From: an uncultured Clostridia bacterium
Lineage (GTDB): Bacteria > Bacillota > Clostridia > TANB77 > CAG-508
Assembly: GCA_947624195.1 (NCBI GenBank)
Contig: CANQJH010000002.1
Span: 20,918-84,917 of the forward strand
Length of the DNA: 64,000 nt
Direction of reading: 5' to 3'
Within the stretch, counting starts at the first letter, position 1. The number at the start of each line of letters is the position of its first letter. The notes beneath the pieces were generated by a model. It had not been told where the DNA came from, did not search any database, and saw only the letters and a list, made by a program, of their open reading frames with translations. The translations under genes and the position numbers were made by a program. Positions 27,502 through 37,073 of this stretch are shown here, one piece after another.

Positions 27502-27969
27502 TTGGAAACGTTTAATATTTTGACAATAATTTTATTTTTAATTTCATTGATAATTTCTTTAATAAATTTTTATTATACAATAAAAATAAAAAAGAAATAT
27601 GAAAAATTAGATATTGATTTAATCAAAGGTGAAAAATTATCAGATGTATTAAAAAAATATATTGAACAATTAAATCAATTAAATATAAAAGATAATCAAA
27701 TAATCGATTATTGCAATAAATTAAATTTTGAATTAAATAAAAGCATTACTAAAGTAGGGTTAATAAAATATAATTTATACAATACTACAAAACACGATTT
27801 AAGTTTCGCATTAGCATTATTGGATAAAGCAAATAATGGAATTATAATAAATAGTGTATATGGAATAGATAGTTCAAATGTATATTGCAAATTAATTACT
27901 AATGGAAATTCAAAAAATAAATTATCAGAAGAAGAAAAAGAAGCATTAAATATAGCAATAAATAAATAG
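27502..27969 (+). CDS. DUF4446-family membrane-anchored protein
   Basis: 155 aa, TTG start, N-terminal TM helix. GLIKYNLYNTT.HDLSFALALLDKANNGIIINSVYG matches the family usually found after spo0J in Firmicutes (from memory). Confidence 0.6.
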   Translation: METFNILTIILFLISLIISLINFYYTIKIKKKYEKLDIDLIKGEKLSDVLKKYIEQLNQLNIKDNQIIDYCNKLNFELNKSITKVGLIKYNLYNTTKHDLSFALALLDKANNGIIINSVYGIDSSNVYCKLITNGNSKNKLSEEEKEALNIAINK

Positions 27970-28203
27970 GGGAAAAACCTATTTATTTTTTTGAATTTAT
28001 ATTTATTAATTTATTGATTTATTTATTTTTAATTAATTATATATACTCATTTATTATTAAAGTTAACTGTTAAACTCAATCAATAATAAAATTTTAGAGA
28101 TATACAAAAATAGCAAAAAATCTAGTACAATAAATAAAATACAAATATAGAAATTAAATAAAAAATGTAAAGAATAAAAAAACAAAAATTATAAAAAATA
28201 AAA

Positions 28204-28288
28204 AGTAAATAAAAGAATAAAAAACAAAAAATGTAAAAAATAAAAAAGCAAATAAAAGAATAAAAAACAAAAAATGTAAAAATAAAAA
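28204..28288. repeat. tandem repeat, two units of 42-43 nt plus a partial third
   Basis: gtaaataaaagaataaaaaacaaaaaatgtaaaaaataaaaaa followed by gcaaataaaagaataaaaaacaaaaaatgtaaaaataaaaaa. Confidence 0.8.
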
Positions 28289-29355
28289 AGTAAAAAAGAT
28301 AAAATTAAAACATAATTAAATAACTAATTAACATATGGTATAAAATGGCAAAAGAATAAAAAAACATAGAGAAGAAAATGAAAATAAAATATGAATAGGA
28401 AGACAACAAAACATGAGAGAAATAGTTTACATAACAAGAAAAAATACGATAAAATTGAAAATAATATAAAAAACTAAAAATATAGTCAAAAAGACAAAAT
28501 AAAATAATTGCTAGATAAGAAATTTTTGTAAATAGAGAATGAACTCTAATCTATGAAACTATAGGGAAAACAGTACTTTTGAGAGAAATTACAATCAATT
28601 TTCTGAGCAAAATAATTCAAAAAACTAAGAGAAGAGAGAAGAAGATTTTCAGAATATATAGCAGAGAAATAAGTGAAAAAATATCAATCCAAGATAAATA
28701 AAGTAAAAAAAATGGGGATATTATGGATATTTTGCAAAAATGAGAAAATATAAAAATTGACAATATGCCAAACGTGCAAAATAAAAGCATATTTAAAATT
28801 ATGGTAAATAATTGAAAAAACGTTGCAAAACAAATGGACAAAACACTAGGAAAACTAATATAAAAGAAAAAATAACGTAATTTTTTATAGATACAAAACT
28901 GTTAAGAAAATCAATGAAAAATCAGCACAAAATATCAATATGACAAATAAATATACAATATTTTAAAGAAAAAATATGGAAAAAAGATTGAAACAAAATG
29001 AAACAGAAAAACTGCAAATAAAAGTTCAACGATTTTTTAAATATGTAAAATAATGGCAATAAAAAATACAAAAATTTTTTTATATAGAACACGTTAAAAT
29101 TAAAAAATTTATGTGCAATAAATGAGATGTGATATAACTTGAAAAAAGTTGTACAGCATTTTTTAATTCGAACTAATTGATAAAATTTTTATAAATAAAT
29201 GATATATGAAACAAAAAACAATAATTATTGAAATAAAAAAAATAAATAAAAAAACAAAAAATAAAAAATAAAAAACAAAAATAAAAAACAGAAAAGAAAG
29301 ATAAAAAATAAATAAAAGAAAAAAATAAATACACTCATAAGTATTAAATAATATG

Positions 29356-29373
29356 GTCGACAAATGGTCGACA
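29356..29373. promoter_or_regulatory. two tandem GTCGACA (Spo0A-box-like) motifs, 11-nt period
   Basis: aatggtcgaca aatggtcgaca, i.e. TGTCGAC on the minus strand at 29356-29362 and 29367-29373, about 30 nt upstream of a TTGACA hexamer. Confidence 0.35.
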
Positions 29374-29398
29374 AAATAAAAATAATCAAAAATTTCTA

Positions 29399-29428
29399 TT
29401 GACAAGTAAGCCTAAAATATGTTATTAT
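29399..29428 (+). promoter_or_regulatory. sigma-A type promoter of the tRNA-Ser pair
   Basis: TTGACA (29399-29404), 18 nt, TATTAT (23-28), then leader hairpin tactgttaca / tgtaacagta (29432-29457). Confidence 0.45.
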
Positions 29429-29461
29429 AAATACTGTTACAGCAAATTGTAACAGTAATAT

Positions 29462-29552
<91 letters not shown>

Positions 29553-29569
29553 TTTTTTTATAAATATAT

Positions 29570-29660
29570 GGAGTAGTACCCAAGCTGGTGAAGGGGTCAG
29601 TTTGCTAAACTGATAGGTCTCGTAAGGGGCGCGGAGGTTCGAACCCTCTCTACTCCGCCA
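29570..29660 (+). tRNA. tRNA-Ser (anticodon GCU)
   Basis: Long variable arm, anticodon loop tTGCTaa, GGTTCGAAC T-arm, encoded CCA. Confidence 0.92.
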
Positions 29661-29719
29661 AAATTTTTTAAAAGTTAAGTATAAAAACTATCAAAGATGG
29701 GAGTAATTGTAAAAATAAA

Positions 29720-29749
29720 ACTGTAGTATATGTGTACTACAGTTTTTTT
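29720..29749 (+). terminator. intrinsic terminator after the tRNA-Ser pair
   Basis: actgtagta-tatgtg-tactacagt followed by T7. Confidence 0.7.
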
Positions 29750-29792
29750 GTTAACAAGGTTTAAAATTTTGTTAACGTTTTTATTGTTTAAA

Positions 29793-30272
29793 TTATTCTA
29801 TAGGCTTAATTCCATCATTTTTTAAATTATTTTTTATTTTTTTCTTAAAAAAGAAATTGTCTAAGTTTTGTATGTAAATTGAATGCATTCCGGCACGATT
29901 AGCACCCCATATATCAAAAAGTCTATTGTTACCTATTACAGCAATTCTTTCAGGGTTAAGCTTCATCCTTTTAGCCATAGATAAAAAAGGCTTTCTTAAA
30001 GGTTTACATGCAAATTTTTGTGTAGTTGTTATATTTAAGCTTTTTAGTATAGTATTGCTAACATGAGGATTATTACTTAAAACTGATATTTTAAATCCCA
30101 ATTCTTTAGCCTTTTTTAAAAAGTCCAAAGTTTCTTCAGATATTTCTTTATTTATTCTTAATGTACCATCAAAATCAAATATAAGACCTTTTATATTTAA
30201 GTCATTTTTTAAATAATCAATGCTTATGTTTGAAATTTTTGTATATGTTTCCTTTGGTGTAAAATTATTCAT
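29793..30272 (-). CDS. yqeG: YqeG-family HAD-IIIA phosphatase
   Basis: 159 aa. GLIFDFDGTL (HAD motif I), VLSNN (motif II), AVIGNNRLFDIWGANRAGM (motif IV region). Confidence 0.75.
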   Translation of the reverse strand: MNNFTPKETYTKISNISIDYLKNDLNIKGLIFDFDGTLRINKEISEETLDFLKKAKELGFKISVLSNNPHVSNTILKSLNITTTQKFACKPLRKPFLSMAKRMKLNPERIAVIGNNRLFDIWGANRAGMHSIYIQNLDNFFFKKKIKNNLKNDGIKPIE

Positions 30273-30412
30273 AAGACCTCCGTAAAATTAATTCCAATGA
30301 CATTTTATAAATAATAGTACAGTTTGTCAAGAAATATAAATTTTTTTGTTATAAAAATTAGACATGCTTCATATAAATTAAGTGTAAAAATTATTTTAGG
30401 AGATATAATTTA

Positions 30413-30928
30413 ATGAAGAAGAAGATTATTATAACTGTTATATTTATAATTGCGATTATCATACTTATAATATGCAGTATATCCACAGAAGTTGAAAACA
30501 ATGTGGAAAACATTGCTGAAATTGAGCCTGAAGAGGAAATAACAGAAGACGTTTTAAGACAAACGGATGTAACTTTATTTTTCGTAGATAGTACATCAGG
30601 CATACTAGTAAAGGAAATTCGAAAAATAGACTCGAAAGAGTTAATAGATAGTCCTTATAGATATGTATTGGATTTATTAATAAAAGGCCCTGAATCAGAG
30701 GGATTATCAAATCCTATTCCAGAAGGAACAAAAATAAATAGTGTGCAATTTGAAAAAGGAACTTTAAAGATAGATCTTTCAGAAGAATTTTTAAATAGCT
30801 CAGGAACTAACTCAATATATTCTTTAGTAAATACACTTACTGAATTTACAGAAGTAAATGGTGTTAAAATTACAATAAATGGAGAAACTAAAGAAGGGCT
30901 AAAAGATACTTTTGTAAAAAAAGAATAG
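30413..30928 (+). CDS. GerM-domain membrane-anchored protein
   Basis: 171 aa with N-terminal TM anchor. VTLFFVDSTSGILVKEIRKI...VLDLLIKGPESEGLSNPIPEGTKINSV.FEKGTLKIDLS fits the GerM/Germane domain. Confidence 0.6.
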   Translation: MKKKIIITVIFIIAIIILIICSISTEVENNVENIAEIEPEEEITEDVLRQTDVTLFFVDSTSGILVKEIRKIDSKELIDSPYRYVLDLLIKGPESEGLSNPIPEGTKINSVQFEKGTLKIDLSEEFLNSSGTNSIYSLVNTLTEFTEVNGVKITINGETKEGLKDTFVKKE

Positions 30929-30939
30929 GAGGACAATAT

Positions 30940-31485
30940 TTATTTGTTCATAATTTCAGAAACAAGATTAAGAAGTTCATTAGTAGATTCTTCATTATAT
31001 TGATTATAAAAAAAGTAATCAAATTGCTTTCTTAAATTTTCATCTTGCATAATTTTATTATAATGCTCGTCTATTTCTAGTAGTCGCTCAACTTCTTTTT
31101 CTTTGCTTAAATTTCTTTTTCTAGTTTGCTCTTTAGCAATCTCTAAGTCCTTTGGCATAATATAAATAGTCTTAATATCAGGTCTTATTTTTTTCCAGTC
31201 ATAAATTGTAGTGTAGTGCATTTCAAATACCATATTGTCTTTTGAAAAAATTTCATCTTTTAAATATCCATATTCTCCACCAAAAACAGAAAACTTATAG
31301 GCAATTTCTCCATTATCATATAAATTATCTAGTTCTTGATCAGTCATAAAATATTTAGAAGATTCGCCTTGTCTCGGAGATCTGGTTCTAATTGTATGGA
31401 CTTTTTTAAAATTTAGATTATTGCATATTTGATCTATAAAATATGTTTTTCCTACTCCAGTAACTCCAACTAGTGCTAATAACAT
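30940..31485 (-). CDS. guanylate-kinase-like P-loop protein
   Basis: 181 aa. Walker A GVTGVGKT, then TIRTRSPRQGESSKYFMTDQE, resembling the gmk TTR.pR.GE..G.dY.F segment. Confidence 0.5.
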   Translation of the reverse strand: MLLALVGVTGVGKTYFIDQICNNLNFKKVHTIRTRSPRQGESSKYFMTDQELDNLYDNGEIAYKFSVFGGEYGYLKDEIFSKDNMVFEMHYTTIYDWKKIRPDIKTIYIMPKDLEIAKEQTRKRNLSKEKEVERLLEIDEHYNKIMQDENLRKQFDYFFYNQYNEESTNELLNLVSEIMNK

Positions 31486-31662
31486 AATGCCTCCTAAAAA
31501 TTAATATAATAAAATTATACATTATTCAACAATTATTTTCAACTAATCGATATAAATTTTATTAACACGCAAATAAAAAAGTAAATGTAAATATTATTAA
31601 CAAAGCAACCAGTGTGACTAGCTATTGAATATTAGCCAAATTTAGAGTATAATAAAGCTATT

Positions 31663-32379
31663 ATGGAAAGAATAGATGATTTAAATTATGAAGGATTAAA
31701 AATAATACAAAATACAGAAGGATTTTGCTTCGGAGTTGATAGTGTGCTTCTTACAGAGTTTGCAAGAGACATAAAGAAAAATAGTGTAGTGCTTGATTTA
31801 GGAAGCGGTACAGGAATACTTGGGATATTGCTAAGTAAAAAAGTCCAACCATCTAAAATATATGGTGTTGAGATTCAAAAGGAAGTTGCTGAAATGGCAC
31901 AAAAAAGTATCAAGTTAAATTCCTTAGAAAGAATTTTTGAAATAATAAATGATGATATAAAAAATATTAATCTACAAAATAATAGTATAGACGCCATCGT
32001 AACAAATCCACCATATAAAAAAATAGGAACAGGGATTAGAAGTAAAGAGAGCAAGCAACTTGTGTCTAGATATGAAACTACTGCAACATTAGACGACTGG
32101 CTAAAAATATCTAGTAAATTATTAAAAGATAATGGAAGCTTTTATATTGTTTATAGAACAGATAGATTAACTGAATTAATTGAAAATATGAGGAAATACA
32201 AATTAGAAGCTAAAAGAATTAGATTTGTATACTCTAATATTGAAAAGCAGTCCAATTTAGTTTTAATAAAGGCCGTTAAGGGCGCAGGAACTTTTGTAAA
32301 AATTGAAAAACCACTCATAATTTACAATTTGGATGGAAGTTATACTGATGAAATAATTAAAATTTATAAAACAAAATAA
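31663..32379 (+). CDS. SAM-dependent N6-adenine methyltransferase, YabB/TrmN6-like
   Basis: 238 aa. SAM motif VLDLGSGTGILG and catalytic VTNPPY. Upstream of rsmI as in B. subtilis yabB-yabC. Confidence 0.75.
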   Translation: MERIDDLNYEGLKIIQNTEGFCFGVDSVLLTEFARDIKKNSVVLDLGSGTGILGILLSKKVQPSKIYGVEIQKEVAEMAQKSIKLNSLERIFEIINDDIKNINLQNNSIDAIVTNPPYKKIGTGIRSKESKQLVSRYETTATLDDWLKISSKLLKDNGSFYIVYRTDRLTELIENMRKYKLEAKRIRFVYSNIEKQSNLVLIKAVKGAGTFVKIEKPLIIYNLDGSYTDEIIKIYKTK

Positions 32380-32461
32380 TTATCTTTTACGATAAAAATA
32401 ATAATTAAATTTGTAAAAATATATGTGCTTAAAAAAGCGCAAGAAAGGTTAGAATTCTATA

Positions 32462-33283
32462 ATGGAAAAAGGCAAGTTATATTTAGTTGCAACACCAATA
32501 GGAAATTTAGAAGATATTACATATAGAGCAATTAGAATTTTAAAAGAAGTTGATTTAATTGCTGCAGAAGATACAAGACAAACATTAAAATTATTAAATC
32601 ACTTGGATATATCAAAACCGCTTATTAGTTATCATAGGCATAATGAAGAAATAAAAACAAATCCACTTATTGATAAATTAAATAATGGCGAAAATATTGC
32701 TATTGTCACAGATGCAGGAACACCAGCAATTTCTGATCCGGGAGAACTAATTGTAAAAGAGGCAATAAAAAATAATATTGAAGTAATTCCCATACCAGGA
32801 GCGTGTGCATTAATAAATGCTTTAATAGCATCAGGCCTTGTTACACGAGAATTTAGTTTTTATGCTTTTTTACCTACTAATAGTAAGCTGAGAAAAGAAA
32901 AATTAGAAGAAATAAAAAATGATGTAAAAACAGTTATAATATACGAAGCACCCCACAGATTGATTTCAACATTGCAAGATATAGAAGAGAGTTTAGGAAA
33001 TAGAAATATAGTTATAGCTAAGGAGCTTACTAAAATACATGAAAAATTTATTAGAGGAAAAATAACAGACATTATTTCAAATATAGAGAATCCAAAAGGT
33101 GAGTACATTATTATAATTGAAGGTGAAAAAATAAAAAAAGAAAATGAATTAAATAATCTGTCATTAGAAGAACATTATAAATTTTATGAAGCACAAGGAT
33201 TAGAAAAAAAGGAGATAATAAAAAAGATTGCCAAAGATAGAAATGTAAACAAAAACGAAATTTACCAGCATTTTATTAAATGA
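32462..33283 (+). CDS. rsmI: 16S rRNA C1402 2'-O-methyltransferase RsmI
   Basis: 273 aa. GKLYLVATPIGNLEDITYRAIRILKEVDLIAAEDTR, TDAGTPAISDPG. Confidence 0.92.
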   Translation: MEKGKLYLVATPIGNLEDITYRAIRILKEVDLIAAEDTRQTLKLLNHLDISKPLISYHRHNEEIKTNPLIDKLNNGENIAIVTDAGTPAISDPGELIVKEAIKNNIEVIPIPGACALINALIASGLVTREFSFYAFLPTNSKLRKEKLEEIKNDVKTVIIYEAPHRLISTLQDIEESLGNRNIVIAKELTKIHEKFIRGKITDIISNIENPKGEYIIIIEGEKIKKENELNNLSLEEHYKFYEAQGLEKKEIIKKIAKDRNVNKNEIYQHFIK

Positions 33284-33357
33284 AGTAGAAAAATATACCT
33301 AATAAAAAAGGTATATTTTTTTATGTCCAAAGTATATATTAATCGAGGTGTATTAAT

Positions 33358-33930
33358 TTGAATTATTTATGGCCAATATTAATAATAATATCTTTATTTT
33401 TTGCAATTATTTCAGGAAACATTACGAATTTAAATAATTCCATATTTAACTCTGTGTCTGATGTTGTTAACTTATCACTTACTTTAGTAGGAAATATGTG
33501 CTTGTGGTGTGGCTTAATGGCAATAATAAAACAAACCAAGATAATGAGTTTTTTGATGAAAATATTAAGACCGTTACTTAATTGGTTATACCCAGATGCA
33601 CGAAGCAATAAAGATGCAATGGAGGCAATTTCAATAAATACAGTTTCTAACTTCTTAGGTATAGGAAATGCAGCTACTCCGGCAGGATTAAAAGCAATGG
33701 ATGAACTGCAAAAAGAAAATCCAAAAAAAGATGAATTATCCAATTCAATGATAATGTTAATTGTACTAAATACAACATCCATACAGTTAATTCCAACTAC
33801 AGCAATAGCAGTAAGAGCGGCCTTAGGTTCTCCAATGCCATCCAATATTATTGTTCCTATATGGATATCAACTTTAGCAGGTACATTAACAGGCATAATT
33901 TTAACGAAATTATTATTAAAGGAGGAATAG
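33358..33930 (+). CDS. spmA: spore maturation protein A (nucleoside-recognition domain membrane protein)
   Basis: 190 aa, TTG start after GAGGTG. MNYLWP..., NTVSNFLGIGNAATPAGLKAM. Confidence 0.8.
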   Translation: MNYLWPILIIISLFFAIISGNITNLNNSIFNSVSDVVNLSLTLVGNMCLWCGLMAIIKQTKIMSFLMKILRPLLNWLYPDARSNKDAMEAISINTVSNFLGIGNAATPAGLKAMDELQKENPKKDELSNSMIMLIVLNTTSIQLIPTTAIAVRAALGSPMPSNIIVPIWISTLAGTLTGIILTKLLLKEE

Positions 33931-33939
33931 AGTTTTATT

Positions 33940-34449
33940 ATGATATATTTCGCAGCAATTATAATTCCATTAATTATTGCAATAATTGTATTCGTAGGAT
34001 TATATGAAAATAAAAAAGTATATGACCTTTTTTGTGATGGGGCAAAAGAAGGAATAAAAATGACTGTAAAAATGTTTCCAACATTGATAGGAATATTTTT
34101 GGCAATAGGAATGCTTAGAAGCTCAGGACTTTTAGATTTTATATCAAACATAATAGGAAATTTTTTGAAGTATGTAAATGTACCAACAGAAATTATCCCA
34201 TTGGCATTTATTAAACCTATTTCAGGAAGTGCATCATTGGCATTAGCGACTGACATCATTGCAAAGTACGGTACAGAAACCAGAATAGGTATGATAGCAG
34301 CAACAATAATGGCTGCTTCTGAAACAACTTTTTATGTGATTGCAATTTACATGAATCAGATAAAAGCTAAAAAAAGCAGAAACGTGATAATTCCTGCAAT
34401 TATAGCTGATATAGTAAGTATAGTTACAGCTATATGTATAATTAGATAA
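33940..34449 (+). CDS. spmB: spore maturation protein B
   Basis: 169-aa polytopic membrane protein immediately after spmA. IKPISGSASLA motif. Confidence 0.8.
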   Translation: MIYFAAIIIPLIIAIIVFVGLYENKKVYDLFCDGAKEGIKMTVKMFPTLIGIFLAIGMLRSSGLLDFISNIIGNFLKYVNVPTEIIPLAFIKPISGSASLALATDIIAKYGTETRIGMIAATIMAASETTFYVIAIYMNQIKAKKSRNVIIPAIIADIVSIVTAICIIR

Positions 34450-34522
34450 ATATAATTGTTCATTTAAAATTTAAAATCATTTATTGTCAAAAAGTACCTT
34501 AGCACAAAGATTGCAACATATT

Positions 34523-34539
34523 TGTCGAATTTTGTCGAC
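34523..34539 (+). promoter_or_regulatory. two tandem Spo0A-box-like motifs
   Basis: TTTGTCGAAT (TGTCGAA 34523-34529) and TTTGTCGACG (34533-34539), 10-nt period, directly upstream of the -35 at 34549. Confidence 0.4.
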
Positions 34540-34548
34540 GAGTTTTTG

Positions 34549-34577
34549 TTGACAAATGGAAAAATATGGTTTAAAAT
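34549..34577 (+). promoter_or_regulatory. near-consensus sigma-A promoter with no downstream ORF
   Basis: TTGACA (34549-34554), 17 nt, TAAAAT (34572-34577). It points into a 350-nt ORF-free region between convergent genes. Confidence 0.5.
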
Positions 34578-34720
34578 ATACTTATGAATTATATAGAAGT
34601 TCAAAAAATTTTATACTACGTAATTTTATTTATCTCAATAAATCATTTAGTCAAAAAATTGATTTCTAAGATGATATCTAAAATAATTTCAAAAAAATTT
34701 TTTAAATAGTTTTTACTTTT

Positions 34721-34865
34721 GTAGAGGAACAGAAGATAAGTTACCTCCATATAGTCTGATTGTACCCTAGCTAACCGGGTAATAACTTATTCTTCCATAA
34801 CAAAAGGTTAGTAATCTTTGAAAATTTTAGTGCCCCCAGAACATTAAAAAATATAATTCCTCTAC
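34721..34865 (+). ncRNA. candidate structured small RNA of unknown class
   Basis: GC-enriched 145 nt. Closing helix gtagaggaa (34721-34729) / ttcctctac (34857-34865). Inner helix gaagataagttacc (34732-34745) / gggtaataacttattcttc (34777-34795). Loop ctaacc (34771-34776) is complementary to ggttag (34806-34811). Strand is assigned from the upstream promoter only. Confidence 0.35.
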
Positions 34866-34934
34866 AAAACTTTTTATATATTTAACATTAAAACATATAT
34901 TTTCTTGACAAGATTTTTTACATATTAATAAAGA

Positions 34935-35714
34935 CTAAACCTCCATTATCTTATTAGGTTTATTTCTATCAGCAATTTGAAGCTTTAACTTATCTACATC
35001 AACATTTTTAGAAATAATACTTGTCATCACAGTTTGGTAAGCAAGCTCTGGAAAATTATTTTGTTCACTTAAATGTCCAAGCATTATATTTTTTAGACCT
35101 GACTTAACTAATTGAGTTATAGCAAGTCCAGCATCTTCGTTAGATAAATGACCATTAGGTCCTAATATACGCTTTTTCAACATATAAGGATATTTTGAGC
35201 ATTTAAGCATATTTGGTTCATAGTTTGACTCAAGTAAAAGAAAATCACTTTCATCAAGGTTATGTAGTATCTTATTATCAATATGTCCTATATCAGTTGC
35301 GATGGTAAGTTTTTTATTATTGTAAAACAAATTAAAACCGCAAGGATCAGCTGCATCATGAGGAATTGAGAAAGGAGTTATTTGTATATCTCCAATCTCA
35401 AATTTCTCATTTGATTTAAATTTAATTTTTTTATCATCAGAAATACTTTGTTTTATATTAGTAAATGTACTGCTATTAGCATATACAGGTATATTATATT
35501 TTTTACATATAGAAGCAAGCCCTTTTATATGGTCAGAATGCTCGTGTGATATTAAAATTCCATTAATTTCATCTATATTTACATTAACCGAATTAAGAGC
35601 TTCTTCTATTTTTTTAGAAGAAACTCCACAATCAATTAACAATTTAGTGTTATCTGTTTCAACAAAAGAACAGTTCCCTGAACTACCACTATAAAAATTA
35701 CAAAACTTAAACAT
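34935..35714 (-). CDS. MBL-fold metallo-hydrolase (YycJ/WalJ-like)
   Basis: 259 aa. SGSSGNC...LIDCG and HEHSDHIKG metal-binding motifs. Confidence 0.8.
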   Translation of the reverse strand: MFKFCNFYSGSSGNCSFVETDNTKLLIDCGVSSKKIEEALNSVNVNIDEINGILISHEHSDHIKGLASICKKYNIPVYANSSTFTNIKQSISDDKKIKFKSNEKFEIGDIQITPFSIPHDAADPCGFNLFYNNKKLTIATDIGHIDNKILHNLDESDFLLLESNYEPNMLKCSKYPYMLKKRILGPNGHLSNEDAGLAITQLVKSGLKNIMLGHLSEQNNFPELAYQTVMTSIISKNVDVDKLKLQIADRNKPNKIMEV

Positions 35715-35723
35715 TAATATATC

Positions 35724-36986
35724 CTATTCTTCATTAACTCTTTCGATTTTTGCACCTAATTTGCTAAATTTATCTTCTATTTTTTCATATCCTCGATCAA
35801 TATAGTGTATATTATATAATTCGCTAGTTCCCTTAGCTATAATACCAGCAATTAAAAGTGCAGCTCCTGCACGAAGGTCTGACGCATATATAGGAGCTCC
35901 AATCAAATTATCTACACCTTCAAAAATAGCAGTTTTGCCCTGTGCAGTAATCTTAGCACCCATTTTAATTAACTCATTGGTATATTGAAATCTAGAATCC
36001 CATATACTTTCATTTATAATGCTGGTTCCGTCAGCAATTGACAAAGCAACGCCAATTTGAGGTTGTAGATCAGTAGGAAATCCTGGATAAGGTAAAGTTT
36101 TAATATTTGTTGGATGTAATTTTCCGGTGCAACTTACTCTTATTGAATCTCCAAAGTTTTCAATGTTTCCACCCATTTCAATGATTTTAGCTGATAGTGA
36201 ATCCATATGTTCATAAATACAATTTTTTATTAGTATATCACCTTTTGAAGCTAAAGCTGCTGTCATAAAAGTACCAGTTTCAATTTGGTCTGGAACAATT
36301 GAATATGTATGATTACCAGATAATTTAGAAACACCATTTATTTTTATAACATCAGTACCAGCTCCTCTAATATCAGCACCTACAGTATTTAAAAAGTTAG
36401 CAACATCAACTATATGAGGTTCTTTAGCAACGCTATTTAGAACAGTAGTGCCTTTTGCTAAAACAGAAGCAAGTATTAAATTAATAGTAGCACCAACAGA
36501 AACTACATCAAAATAAATTGTAGAACCTGCTAAATTATGAGCATTTGCAGTGATTTGCCCGTGACCATAATAAACAGTAGCACCTAAAGACTCAAAACCT
36601 TTTATATGTTGATCAATTGGTCTTGCTCCTAAATTACAACCTCCAGGAAGACCAACTTGTACATCTTTACATCTACCAAGCAAAGCTCCAAGTAAATAGT
36701 ATGAAGCTCTAAATTTGCTTGTCATTTCAAGAGGAGCGTGAGTAGAGGTTAAGTGTCTTGTATCAACCACAACAGTATGCTCATTAGTCCAATTAACCAT
36801 TGCTCCCAAAGATGTCAGTATTTTACATATAATTTTTACATCACTTATATTAGGTACATTTTCTAAAGTAGTAATACCATCTATTAAGAGAGTAGCAGGC
36901 AAAATGGCAACAGCTGCATTTTTTGCTCCACTTATTTCAACTTCTCCAACTAATCTTGTGTCTCCATGAATAATAAACTTTTCCAA
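35724..36986 (-). CDS. murA: UDP-N-acetylglucosamine 1-carboxyvinyltransferase
   Basis: 420 aa. ISGAKNAAVAILPA, PGGCNLGARPIDQH (active-site Cys loop), FPTDLQPQ. Confidence 0.95.
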   Translation of the reverse strand: MEKFIIHGDTRLVGEVEISGAKNAAVAILPATLLIDGITTLENVPNISDVKIICKILTSLGAMVNWTNEHTVVVDTRHLTSTHAPLEMTSKFRASYYLLGALLGRCKDVQVGLPGGCNLGARPIDQHIKGFESLGATVYYGHGQITANAHNLAGSTIYFDVVSVGATINLILASVLAKGTTVLNSVAKEPHIVDVANFLNTVGADIRGAGTDVIKINGVSKLSGNHTYSIVPDQIETGTFMTAALASKGDILIKNCIYEHMDSLSAKIIEMGGNIENFGDSIRVSCTGKLHPTNIKTLPYPGFPTDLQPQIGVALSIADGTSIINESIWDSRFQYTNELIKMGAKITAQGKTAIFEGVDNLIGAPIYASDLRAGAALLIAGIIAKGTSELYNIHYIDRGYEKIEDKFSKLGAKIERVNEE

Positions 36987-37073
36987 ATTTTATTCCCCCA
37001 GTCGTCTTAATCAAATTATATATAACACAAAATGAGTAAATTTACAAGTTTTTTTAAGAAATTGTCCTTATAA

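Larger units (their letters stand above)
27970..29398. repeat. 1.4-kb A-rich, T-poor non-coding spacer
   Basis: No credible ORF on either strand; the minus-strand ORFs are poly-Phe/Leu artefacts. Hand count of 28201-28300 gives about 76 A, 13 T, 8 G, 3 C. Confidence 0.85.

Noticed and set aside
28141-28300. Possible CRISPR array in the repeated A-rich sequence.
   Set aside because: There are only about 2.5 directly abutting copies with no unique spacers between them. The repeat has no palindromic core and there are no cas genes in the window.
28617-29405. Minus-strand ORFs in the A-rich spacers (28617-28841 and 29163-29405; also 61379-61922).
   Set aside because: Their translations are poly-Phe/Leu/Ile strings produced by reading poly-A tracts backwards. 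They have no SD and no plausible protein.
33363-34259. 298-aa minus-strand ORF, the longest unexplained ORF in the track.
   Set aside because: It lies entirely antisense to spmA/spmB, whose plus-strand products have clear nucleoside-recognition/Spm motifs. Its sequence is a hydrophobic mirror-image artefact with no start context.
34583-34708. 41-codon sORF (MNYIEVQKILYY...) at the 5' end of the orphan transcript.
   Set aside because: It has no Shine-Dalgarno sequence, is a low-complexity AT-driven sequence, and is indistinguishable from chance in this composition.
34721-34865. Assignment of the structured element to a preQ1-I riboswitch (TAGCTAAC loop plus A-rich tail) or to a TPP riboswitch (minus strand CTGGGGGCAC ... 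ACCCGG).
   Set aside because: Only fragments resemble the consensus; the CTGAGA of TPP is absent and the preQ1 tail is interrupted by 20 nt. In addition, no gene lies downstream on either strand to be regulated.
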